This document shows, in pieces, positions 37,567 through 49,564 of a stretch of 64,000 nucleotides of DNA. The position numbers were made by a program, and so were the translations under genes. The number at the start of each line of letters is the position of its first letter. Positions within the stretch are counted from its first letter, which is position 1. Below the pieces are notes generated by a model that saw only the letters and a list, made by a program, of their open reading frames with translations, searched no databases and was not told the origin of the DNA. Source of the DNA: Camelus ferus (Eukaryota); assembly GCF_009834535.1 (NCBI RefSeq), contig NC_045697.1:55306001-55370000 (forward strand), given 5' to 3'.

Positions 37567-40209
37567 ATGTTTTTAATATGTATCAATAGAATGGGCTTGT
37601 AATTTACAGGAATGGGAAAAAAACAAAACAAAACAAAAAAACACTGCAAATTGAATTTACCTGGATTGAGGAAATAGAACCTGTAGTCTGTGTGCTTAAA
37701 ATGCTAGAAGAGGGATTACAAATGGGAAAGAAAGTGGAATAAGGAATAGGAGATACAAAAGACAAATTTCATTGCTATACCATCTTTTCCTTGAGGGATA
37801 GCCCAAGATTCCAATATTTCTAAACACTCAGATTCTCAGGAACACTGAATATAAAGAGAAGGAAATTGAGTCTGACTGTAGAGACAGAATTTAATTTGAA
37901 AGAACTGAAGATACATCATACCTATCATATCATACCTAGGCTTTCTTCAAAATAAAAGTGAGATTATAATATGGATAACTACAAAAAAAAACAAATATTT
38001 TGCATTCAGCGTGTTTGTAGAAGATAATGCTATGGAGCAAGAGGGGGGAGGTAAGGACTCTTGAGAAAAGAAAATGTGTTACAGATTTCAGACTATTGAA
38101 CCCTGATACAAATATTTTCTTGTCATTTTAACAATACTGTATTGATACTGAATAGAAACTTTCAAAAACCTTTTTTGTTTTTTCTTTTTTGGAAGAAGTT
38201 ATAGATAGAGCCTTTTATTTCAGTATATTGAAGTAGGTCTCTCATTGTCTTGCATACCAAAAGCTTTCATGAACTCACAAATGGTATAGATTTTAACTGA
38301 TATGTCTTAAGAAACTGAAAAGGGATATTCTCATCTATAACACTGAGCAATACTTTTCATGTATATTTCTTATCCATTTTTCTTGTCAAAGCCTCACCCA
38401 TAGCATCTCTCTTCTCTAACCTACCACTTAGTCTCTGCCAGCTCTCACCGTCCTCCTCCTTCCTTCCATCCCTTCACTGACACTTTGCTCTCTCCAATTT
38501 AAATCAGTAAAGGCAGTTCTGAGATCCTTTTAAATGCCATATCTTCTATCTGAAACCTATTATGTATTATGTAACAGGGCCTAAACCTTAGCTAACAGAA
38601 GAAATTTATGTCTAGTTGTCAGAGTTAGAGCCAATAATATAAAATATATTTTGTGTTCTTATTTTTCTTACCAAATTGGAAAAATATGTTGTCTTCTGTT
38701 TTACTTAGTTTTAGGAACCGGAAGGTTGTTCGTCATGGTGAACATGAACATGTAAATCAAATAGAAAACTGTATTTGTTATTTGAGGCAGTTAAACTGGC
38801 ATGACTGTGGAAATAATCAGATTGGCAAATCCACATTAAGGGAGATCACCCACTATCATGATCCGGCACTTAAATACTGTCTCTTGAAGTACTAATACAT
38901 CTGATGTTTCAATGTGGCTTAATGAGCCAGTAATCCTGACAAATTTTCAGATTTTTCAAAAAAAAGCTTGTTTAAGCTTCCTTGTAATGCCTTTCCAGTC
39001 TCATCAACTGGGAAATATAAGACCTGGATTCCCCTGTGAGGAAAGGGATGAATCAGTGTTTATGGTAGTTCAATCAAGCTGCTTTATATAGCAGTAGTAG
39101 AAAATTCGGCTGATTTATGAGCTGCGGCTGTCTAATGTGATCATTCCACACTCCAAAATTTTGTAATTGGTAGAATGTTATAATTTTGTTCAGGAGGAAA
39201 GATTTGGATCTTTGGTTCATAAAAGCTCTTTTTTAATACTATAATTTATAAAGAAAATATTCATAAAAATGATAGCAGAACCAAACTTTTGTATTCTCAA
39301 ATAAAGGCATTGTATTTTAGTGAATAGACCATTTTTTAAAAAGGAGAGGGAAATACATTGGTTTATATGTCATATGAGTGGCTATTTCACTGAGATAAAT
39401 TTAGATAGAAAAAAAATCACAGTTTATATGGTTATGTAGAAAAATTATCTCCTTGAAACTAGAGAAAATAGAATGTTTTTCCAATGTGAAAATAGAGGGT
39501 GATACAGCAAATGCCTGTTGTGACTTTTCTGGGTAATAGATATATTTTGAAATTTGGCATCAAGAAGCCATTTATTTGAGTCCTGTCTGTGCTTATTACT
39601 ACTTTCAGATTCAACTTTATCACATGTAAAATAGAGATAATTCTTAATTCATACATTACTGTGGGGAATGAAAGAACACATAAAAAAACCCTGAAAGTTA
39701 ATAATTTTAATACATTTTAATAACCTTTCCCAGCATAAAATATTTATGTATTAAACATGTAATCCTTATTATATTCTCTAAAATACTATATGTTCACTTT
39801 CTAAATCTCACAAGACACTGAAATTCGGGGAGGATAAATAATAATCCTAAAATCAGAAATGGGTGGCAGAGGTAGGATTTGAACTCATGTCTTTAAAAGT
39901 CTGTCAAAAACGAATTCCATTACTCACAATTTGCTTCTGGTAAATTTAGCATACCTCTTCATCCTTAATGACCTTCCTCCTACATATGGCTGCAAATACT
40001 TGATTGCTTACCTCATAGCTCCTTTTAAATCTTACCTTTTAACCTTCCATTATTAGTTTCACCTTCTTATACCTTCTATTATTAGTTTCATTGTGGACTG
40101 CTTTGTCTAACTCAGTATTGAAACTTCAGCATGCTTTACAGCAATATTTTGCACATGAAATCTTATGCTAAATATTTACTAAATTGGACTGGATTTGCTT
40201 TTTAAAGAG

Positions 40210-40440
40210 AGCATATTGCACATTAGCTAAGAACACAGGTCCTGTAGTCACATTTCTAGGTTTCAGTGCTTAACCTAGCTTTATGACATCTCTTGTGTTA
40301 CTACAGAAAATCATTTAATGTCTTAATGCCCCAGTTTCCTATCTGTGATGTGATAATAATTAGCAACAAATATGCTTATGAAGGATTTAGATGAGAGAAT
40401 AGTTGTAAATTGCTTAGAACAGTACCTATCACATTAAATT
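40210..40440 (+). mobile_element. MIR (smaller MIR pieces also at about 39560-39680 and 39800-39900)
   Basis: 'atgccccagtttcctatctgtgatg...tgaaggatttagatgagag...tgcttagaacagtacct'. Confidence 0.7.
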
Positions 40441-41358
40441 GCTCCTTAATCTCTCTATGATTATAATTGTTTTTATTGATTATCGACAGAAGCCAAATGT
40501 TGCTAAACATGCATACCAGACTTGTATGATGAGTAGGAATAATATTGTTTTCTCCTTTGGATGGGAATTATAAAAGTGAAAGGAAAAACTTATACTAAGG
40601 AACCAGTTGTACTTTTAATGAATCAAATCAGAGCAAATGTCCATGACGTGGAGAAGCTGAAGATGGTATGTTCTTCATGCGACATTCAGCTCCAGCTCTA
40701 ATGTTGTCTTTGTTCTCGCAGCTCCTTAAGGGTAGCATTTTTATATAGCACAATTATCTCCAGCAAAATAAAGGCATGTCCACGTACATTTATAAATGAG
40801 AAAGAAGTCACATGGAAAATCACAGCTAAAACTGTGAAGTATAGAAAATACAAATTGTAGTGTATAAATCTTAATGACCAAAATCAGCCTTTGTTGTACT
40901 CAGAAAATTCAGATTTTCTCCTCAGGGTTTTGCTACTGTTATTTTTAAGATTCATGAACCTTTGTTTCTAGAAAGAAAAAAACACCCTATTGCTGTGTTC
41001 CCTTCAGTAGACCTTTTGAATATTGTAGATCTTTAAAAGTTAGTTTAATGATGATCTTTAAAAGTTAGATTAATGATGACTTACAAATCAGATTTTACTA
41101 GAAACATCTAAGTTTATTCATTGCAATGATAATATGTGAGAGAAATGAGATCTTATTCATTGCATTGTGTAGTAAACAATGAGGTCACTGAAGAATGTAA
41201 AAAATAAAGTTCAAAAATGAAGTATAAGCATAGGGTCTTTGTTCTCCTATAGATATTAAAATAAATTACAGTAGTATGTATTTAGGGTTTTTGATGTTCT
41301 ATCTCCTGGTAATTGAGTATGTGCCATAGATCCATATGTTTTTAAATGTATCATGATG

Positions 41359-41400
41359 CTTTCTTCTTGGCCTTTTGGCTGAGATCAAGTAGTATGTGTT
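41359..41400 (+). pseudogene. 3'-truncated U2 snRNA retro-pseudogene fragment (about the first 40 nt)
   Basis: 'cttcttggccttttggctgagatcaagtagtatgtgtt' aligns to the U2 5' end 'CTTCTCGGCCTTTTGGCTAAGATCAAGTGTAGTATCTGTT'. Confidence 0.85.
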
Positions 41401-41832
41401 GTCTTAAGAGACTCTAGCCTGTAAAAGCCAACAAATAGACTGTTATCTAATAAGCCTTTAACATCTTTTAACTAAAATGATGGTAACCTATATTACACTA
41501 AGTGTTGGATTATTTATGAGTAATCTGTTGCTCAGTAAAGATGCTCAAAACATTAGCTATAATGAATCTTCATCATTTGCAACCCCGTCAGTAATAACAT
41601 TCGATATATTTTTTTCTATCCTTTTACCTCATTCTCATTTTGCTGCTTGATTTGGTAACAAAAATCAGCCAAGTAGAGCTTAAAGCCTTATATAATACTG
41701 GTTTGGAAGTAGTTGACTTTTTTCTTTCTGCTATCAAGATATTAATGGAACACCTGTTGCATTCACTGTAGCAGATTTTACAGACTCCTTAGGAGAGAGG
41801 TAATTATGTACTGCATAATGAATGAATATTGG

Positions 41833-41857
41833 GTGGTGTGTGGGTGTGTGTATGGGT

Positions 41858-41899
<42 letters not shown>

Positions 41900-41917
41900 G
41901 TGTGTGTGTGTGTGTGT
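41833..41917. repeat. Compound (TG)n microsatellite
   Basis: Direct reading; it also explains the HTHTHT ORF at 41734-42018. Confidence 0.97.
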
Positions 41918-41959
41918 CCCGTCCCTACAGAGTCCCAGAGAAAACTAGGGTAGAATGCA

Positions 41960-42500
41960 CTTTTTAGATTCCCATGTTTTGGCAAATGGTTTCCTTGCCT
42001 GCATTCAACTAGCAACAAACAGGTGTAACCAATTAAGATGTATTCCTCTATGTGATGCAGAGACTGCTCATTTCTTACCTATTACTTATCCATTCTTTGC
42101 TAAGAGAAATCGTAAATTATTGGGAAAAAAAGGAAATCTACTCAGCTCAAAACATAAAATACATCTGTTATCTTCCTTTATAGTAAAGGGCTTGAGGCTT
42201 CTGAGGAAGTACTTAAACACACACACACACGACCAGCACTGACTATTGGCCACTCATATTTCTGCTTCTGCCTGCAAGAAATACAGCTGCCATGCTTGCA
42301 GCTATCTTCCTGTGATTGCATGGTTTTCCCTGAGAATGGCAGAGCAGAAAGACAGAAGGATGTTGGGGTGTTACTGGAATTTTGAAGACTTCAGCAGCCC
42401 TAGGCTATTTCCAGATTTATCACTAAGTGACAGATTCCTCATTAATTTTGTTGGAGTCAGTCCCTTTTAGGAATATCATAGTGAAATATGACACTTAACT
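41960..42500 (+). mobile_element. Old MLT1J-like LTR
   Basis: 'ctgagaatggcagagcagaaagacagaagg...cagccctagg...ccagatttatcactaagtgacag'. Confidence 0.5.
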
Positions 42501-42989
42501 TACATTTTCCTAAGAGATACATATTTTAAGAAGTACTCTGAAAGAATACAGTGCATATCTACAGAAATTGAAAGATCTAAGTTGGAATTTCAGGTTTTAT
42601 GATACAGGAATTTACTTAGGTGACCTTATCAAAAGTATATAGTAATACAGAAAAACATTATGCTTTAAATGCTATCATCATTTTGCATTTAATCAAATCC
42701 TAGATTACTAACCCTGACAGATGGTACAATTCCAGAAAAGGAGGAAGCATTTTTATCTTGTCCAAAATATCCTCAGGGCCTATGAAATAATTTAAAACAC
42801 AGGGGATTCTAAATAAATAGTTTGAAATAGATGAGCAAATTAATGAAAGGATGAACAAAACAAAAAAAATGTGAATCAATTTTCTTTGATTTAAATGATG
42901 TTGGTTCATGATTTCTGTTTTTGAATAGATTCAACAAGTTGTGTCCTGCAGTTCTTAATCTTTAAGAAAAAGTCTTTTGTTTCCTGAGG

Positions 42990-43190
42990 TATCTTCCTTT
43001 TTCTGTTTTTCTCCCTCCATTGCCCCAAACTCCTGCCTTTTGTCCCCCTTCTTACTCCCTTCCTCTCTCTTCCCTCTGTTACCCACTCTGCCCATCTCCC
43101 CACCTTCCCCCTTTCTTCTTTCTCCTTTTTTCTTCCTTTTTACTTTGTTGTCTCTTACTCACCTATTTGCTTAGTGCTCCTTGTCTCTAT
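42990..43190. repeat. Polypyrimidine (CT-rich) low-complexity tract
   Basis: Direct reading. Confidence 0.75.
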
Positions 43191-44561
43191 CTGTTCAACA
43201 ACTCTCTGTAATCAAGGATCTGACTTTTTGAACCCTGGAGATACCAGGAGTGAACACATATGTGTATTGCTTCTTTTCATACGTAAAATAAATCCACTGA
43301 ATTGTTTTCCAATAATAGATGCCTTTTTCTTTATCTCTTAACCCTGGTTTTCTTTCCTGTGTAAGCAGAATAAAACTTTTACTGATTAGTTTACATGGCC
43401 TAGCCCTCATACAAGCTTCGAGGTAGAATCAAAATACCTTTTCTTACTAGAATATTACATTTTAAACCCACTGAAAACATAACAACATGTAGAGATAGAA
43501 AGTGATTTTACTACAGCCTCCAAATATTAAATTGCATGTCTCACCAAAATTGATTTTCAGTACTATTCTAAGTACAGGAAAAGTGGATAAAAATATTGCA
43601 GCCTGTTTTTTTAAAAAGTCAGAAAAATTGACCAAGTTCACTGATTCTAGATAAATTTTAACTACTACTCCTCATATTTTTAGCTTGATCTTGAGCTTGA
43701 TATCATATTGACCCTTGACTCTGTCTCTGGTCAGCTAGATAAAGTACTGAATTAGAGCTTTTTTTTATAATTTTCTACTGCATTTGTTAGTGTGTCTTAG
43801 ATAGAAGTACTGCCCAGACTGGGGAATAAAAGACTTTCTGTTCTCTGGATTCACTGAAAATCTTTGCTCATACAAACATTGCTGAGATTCAGGTTAGAAC
43901 CTGACCTTAGTTTATCCTTGAAAGATATAACTAAAAATAGTGTTCAAGAGGAGGCTCTGGAATTAAAAAAAAAAATTATTTCAAGTATCAGCCTTTGGCT
44001 TAATAATATTCTAGAGTCTAGCCCCAGGTTACAGGTTCATTTCTGCATTTATGTTTAAAAGCATATAAGATATATGTATTTAAGAAGGTTTAAAATTATA
44101 TCCATCACGTAAGACTGAGTCACTCAAAATGAAGAATATTGTACTGGATTGGATGACATCAACTGTGACAATATCAATGCTAACAGCAAGGGAACTTCCT
44201 CTGAGAGGCCAATTCCCAGAGAAACTGCCAGAGCCCAGGACTGACCTGAGGTTAAAGTGAATTTAAAATATGTATTGTAAAGGCATTAATGCTGTTTCCC
44301 CAACTTCTATAGGCGTTCAACATAAAATGATTATCACTGTTCTGTTTTGATGTTTAAATCCTTTTTAATTTTCCAAATGCATAGTTTTATCTTCCCTATA
44401 AAGTAAAACAAAATTTGAATATTGAGACATAAACTATAAATCTCCATATTGATGTGTTTATATATATAAAATACAAAATATTTGGAGGAATGAATCTAAA
44501 ACTTAATTTTATGTATTCAGTCACTTCAAAACATAAGCCACTTGAAAGGAACAATTCTTGG

Positions 44562-44617
44562 AGAAAGAAAAAAACTGCAGAAATTTAGCTAATTAACAAT
44601 TCAGCTAAAAAGCTAGA
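44562..44617 (+). repeat. Dispersed direct repeat, copy 1 (core)
   Basis: agaaagaaaaaaactgcagaaatttagctaattaacaattcagctaaaaagctaga; recurs at 45900-45957. Confidence 0.92.
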
Positions 44618-45899
44618 GACAGTAAATCTCAGGAGGAGAGTTCAGTAGTCAAGGAAGTTTTAGTGTCATTTGCATTTTTTCACCTTTTATTATATTGAGA
44701 TCTATATATTTATATTATATTTTTATAATAAAGCATAATTAAAATGTAATAAAATTATCATCTCAGAACTGGAAAGGGGCTTAGAAATTATTTTTAGCAT
44801 GTTTAGCATGTTTGTGACAGAAATTCTCAATTTTGATATAGAGTTGAAATTAGAATTGAGACTGTTTTCACTAATATTTCTCTGCTTTAAAAATTTAACA
44901 AATTAGCATTATGTCTATTACTATAAATTAAACTCTAGCTTACCACTGTAAATTTTTAAAAATTGAAGAAGTTCTTTTAAGAACAGCTTATCAAGAAGTG
45001 ATTGCCTAAATATTTTATTTTTGTAATATATTGATGACAAAATTTTAAAATAGAGATAAAGTGACTAAATTCTAATAGCACCTAAATTTGTTTCCCTGTT
45101 TATGATCTTTTTTATTAACAAAAATATAGATTCTTACATTATAAAAATACCACTTTTCACATTTCTATTGTTAAAAATTAATTTACATACTTTTTCCACA
45201 TTGCTATATAAATCTTATATTTAACAAAAATAATATATGATAAATACAACATTATAGTTTAAATAGGTAGAAAATATACATAACAGATTATACATACACA
45301 TATATGTGTACTTTTTATTTTATATTTCTTTTAGCAAAACAAAACAGAATCCAGGATAGTTTAATTGATCATGGCAAATGCTTATGGCTTAGAATTTATA
45401 CATCTCTTGGAAATAACTTATTCTAACTGTCCATAGAAAGATACAAGTGACTTTCTGCTTGCTGAGAACTACATTTCGAGAAATAATAAATTTAAGAATC
45501 TTGAAAATTTGCAAGTGAATTAGACTAAATAGATGAGAAGAGAGTGAGGGATAGTAAGTCCAGTGACAACAGGAAATTAGCAGAAAAGGGAATCTATTTA
45601 TGGAAACCTGAAAAAAATCATCTACATTTCTGGTGAGAGAAGCTTCTGGCTCTGTGTATCTGTGACTATACTTATTTTACTTTGTCCTGGCAAATGTATA
45701 CATATCATTTCCTAATTATAGTAGAAAACAAAATAAGAGAAGTAAAATTATTTAGAAGGAGATTGACTCCCCCAGAACAAACGTGTGAATTTAAATTCAT
45801 TACTCCCTTTAAAAAATGTTTTTTTGGGGAAGGAAAAAAGCAAAATAAAGAATTTCATTTTATAGATTCAGTCACTCGAAAGCAACAGTTATTATTTGC

Positions 45900-45957
45900 A
45901 GAAAGAAAAAAAAACTGCAGAAATTTAGCTAATTAATAATTCAGCTAAAAAGCTAGA
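45900..45957 (+). repeat. Dispersed direct repeat, copy 2 (core)
   Basis: Differs from copy 1 by one substitution and a 2-bp longer A-run. Confidence 0.92.
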
Positions 45958-48900
45958 ACATTTCTCTTTTTTTCTTGACTATATAGAAGGCCACCTTTGT
46001 TGCCAAATATTGCAATGTCAACAATTTCAGGATTAAGTCAGGAGAAAGTTGAAGGCAGAACATCTGTTGCCGGGTTTTTGCCTTCTGATTGACTCCCTCT
46101 TGCAATTCCAGAGCGCTGAAGGCTCTGCTACTGGGGAACTTCCGGAGCAGACTGGTCATTTTCCTGGTGGTGCAGCAATCAGTCTGAAGAGCTCTGCTCA
46201 AGAGTTCTGAAGCACTGAGGTGTGTAGGAAGCTGAGAGTTTGCTGTGTGGTGTGCGTGTGCCTGTTTGTATGTTGGGAGTGTTGGTGAGGTGAGACGGGC
46301 TTTTTTACTAAGAGTGATTGCTTTGTCATCATGGAAGCCTCCATTGTGGGATTATTTTTTTCCTGGGCGTACTGCATGTGCACATACTTTATACTATTAT
46401 TTTTGTTGGTTTTCCTGGATTTGTTTGTCTTTATTTTGTAAAGCCATAGTAGCATTAAGATACATGTATATATTTTCTTAAATTTTCATCTGATCCACGA
46501 TTGATGAACCACACAGATGATAAGGGGCAATTTCTGCCCTGGTGCTAGAATACAAGTTTCTTATTTATTCACTGCAGCTTGAGTTGCTTTCTATATGCAA
46601 AAATCCAAAATTTCAAAAACTTCACACATGTCAATATTACAATTAATTCTTGTGGCTTGTCTGAAAGTTGTCTGAAAATATAAGTTTTACTGAGACAATC
46701 CTAAAACCCTTAGTCAAGATTTAGTTGCAACTAAAAATTTTCTCTGCTGCTAGTTACATTTTCTAAGTATAATAAAACAGTATTTATACCCTGTCACAAA
46801 CACTCCCAGAATTGGTACATGTGGAATACTCCATTTATAGTATATGTTATAAATTATATACTGTATAATATTACATTGAATGGCATAGAACTTGTTATTT
46901 CTTGTTTATATATAATGTATGTAGGGATATTAATAAGTTTTAAGGTAAATATTTATGAAAGTTTAATTTATAGAAATAATTCAAGTGTTTAATATATTTT
47001 TCTACACTATAAACAATTATATTACGTTTACATGCCTTATAATTACTTTTAAATTCCAATTTTCTTTGGCTGATTTACTCTGAGAATTTACTACCATCAC
47101 TGAATAATAAAATTTTACATTATTTGTTATTTGCATTTAAAAGAAATGAAATTATCTTCTGTACAATTTTTCTCCTTAACACAGTATACTGAATAGCATA
47201 GCTGGGTGAATAAAATCAATATTTTTTGCAACTTCTAGAAAATTAGCAAGGCTTAGAAATCTGTGTGTACATTGGTATTACCTTCATAAAAATAAGACAA
47301 TATACATTGACCAGATCTTTGCAGGGTTATGTGCAGATGATTTTATAATCCTCTTCCCTGTCACCTAAGCCCTAAGGCTTTATTGCAAATTTGTAATATA
47401 ACAAGTTCTTATTATTGAACTAAAGTTCTCATGTATGTTACAGGTATTAAAAATAAGTTTAGTTTCTGTGACACGTATTACTCTTCCAGTACACCAAGTA
47501 AGTTGGTTTAATCAAAAGCCTATTCTATAAGATACAATTTGTTGTCCTCTGGAAGGCCGGACCCCACAATCTCAGCAAAGACCCTAGTGGCAAAACTAAG
47601 TAGCCAGAGCAGTCCTACCATCGATATCATGCCTTTCACATCCCAGGACGCACCTACTGCTGCTGCCTTTAACACACTATTCTACCAGGTGGAACCGTTC
47701 CAGTACTCACCATTGCTCACTTACTTTCAACTTTTGATGATCATGCTGACATTTGTTTCCTTTTAGGCTTATATAGTATTGCTTTTATATATATATGCTT
47801 TGATATAGAGCATCATGGATAAAAGTTGATACATATTTCTCACTTCTAAGATGGTATTTCTGCAACCAGGTAGTATTTGTTAGAGTATTTAAATAGTGTT
47901 CGGTAAGTATGTCTCCCCTCTTAGAGGACTTTGTAAGAACTGTGTGATTTGCTCTTCCAAAAGGCTCTAACATACCTTTCTATAAAACCCTCACTAATTG
48001 TCTCTAGAAAATCTAAACAATAAACAATAAGGACACCTGCTGTTTTGCAGTAACTATTAGATTATAAAATCTTTCATTTTTCCTATTTATAATTTAATTT
48101 GAATATACAACTATCACATTCTTCGTGATTTCTTTACCCAATCTCTCCGTCAGAATTAATATTATTCCAGTAGGTTTCCCCCTAAATTTATACTATACTA
48201 TGGTATATGTTGCCTTGAATTATATTCACTTGTGAATATTCTATGCCAGATGGGCTGATTGGACATTTTATACTCTGTCCCATTCCTGTCCCCTTATTCT
48301 TGTACCTAGCATGATGGCTTAGAAATAGTAGATGTTCCATAAAGAGATGTGGATTAAATCAGTACTTCACTAGAATCATCTCTTAAGAAGGAGGTCGACC
48401 AGATTGAAGAGCACCTTTGATTTCTTGTCAGTTTGTTAGTTTTGTAAAAGCACAGCTTAAATACTCCAAAAAAAATTATTCACAGTCACTCCATACACAA
48501 CTGTATTTACATAAATGTCATCCAGGCTGCTCTGAAACAAAGCACCAAAAGGACTTCAGTATTAAGATAAAGAGAAACAGAATTTTACCATGAACTTTCA
48601 GGGTAATGAAATGAAAAAGCAAGCTGGGATCTGAAAACTTAGGTTGTGATGATGGCTCTGATGTAAGTGATCCTTGTGAACTTCCCCAGGTCACTTACCC
48701 TGCCTTGGTTTGTGTGTCTTTTTTTGGTAAAATTATGATAGTGTATGTGACCACCTGCCAAAGTCTTGCTCTGTCTCCATTACAATTTTGAATATGAATA
48801 AAAGGAACCAAAAAACACTTGAATTTTAAACCTGCAATATATGAATAAAGCTATGGTAACAGAAACCCTACCAACTGAGAATTCAGGGGAAAATTACGAA

Positions 48901-49564
48901 ATTAAATGACCACATATCCTGTTTTTTTTGTAAGTCCTCATTTATGCCTCTATCCTGGTGTTTCATCTTGTTTAGCATTTTACCTGGATTTGTTTTAATG
49001 ACACGAAATGTTATTAGTAAGAGATGAGTCAGAATGGATGTGGTAGATCTCTGTTAAAGCGTCGGCCATGGTCTCATCTGTAGTGTGTATGATGCCTGTG
49101 CTCTGGAGAGTTTTTCCTTTTATCACATGAATAAATATGAAAGTAGACCAACAATGATCTGTCTCTCTTTTCCCAAGAGCCCATAGAAACCTCTCTTTCA
49201 AGATCAATATCGCAAGAGCTCACCTTTTAAAAGAAGTGCTTTCTGCGTCATGTGACCAGTCTTGGCTAGCAAGCAGTAGGAGCCATAGCCTCTGCCAGCC
49301 ACCTGAAGTGCAAGCTGGCTGTGCTCTCTGCTAAGACCTGCACAATGCACAAGCTCCGGGGGCTATTACTTGTCAGGGTCAGTGGAAACAGACTATTATG
49401 TTAGGTGAATAAAATGTGCGAGTTAAATAGAGGCTAAGCAGTCTTGCCTCAGAATGTATGGTCTGAATGCTTTTGTTACAGTGCTTTTACCAGCTTTTAC
49501 ATGGTGAGAACCACAACTCTATTCATTTTCTTGTTTGATGACAGTATACTGTTTTTTTGGCTTT

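Noticed and set aside
37071..37649. 192-aa minus-strand ORF
   Set aside because: It overlaps old L1 UTR fragments and low-complexity sequence; no protein family resemblance.
46041..46096. Pre-miRNA-like hairpin (gaaggcagaa / ttttgccttc)
   Set aside because: The core stem is only about 10 bp with a bulged extension, too short for a Drosha substrate, and matches no miRNA I know.
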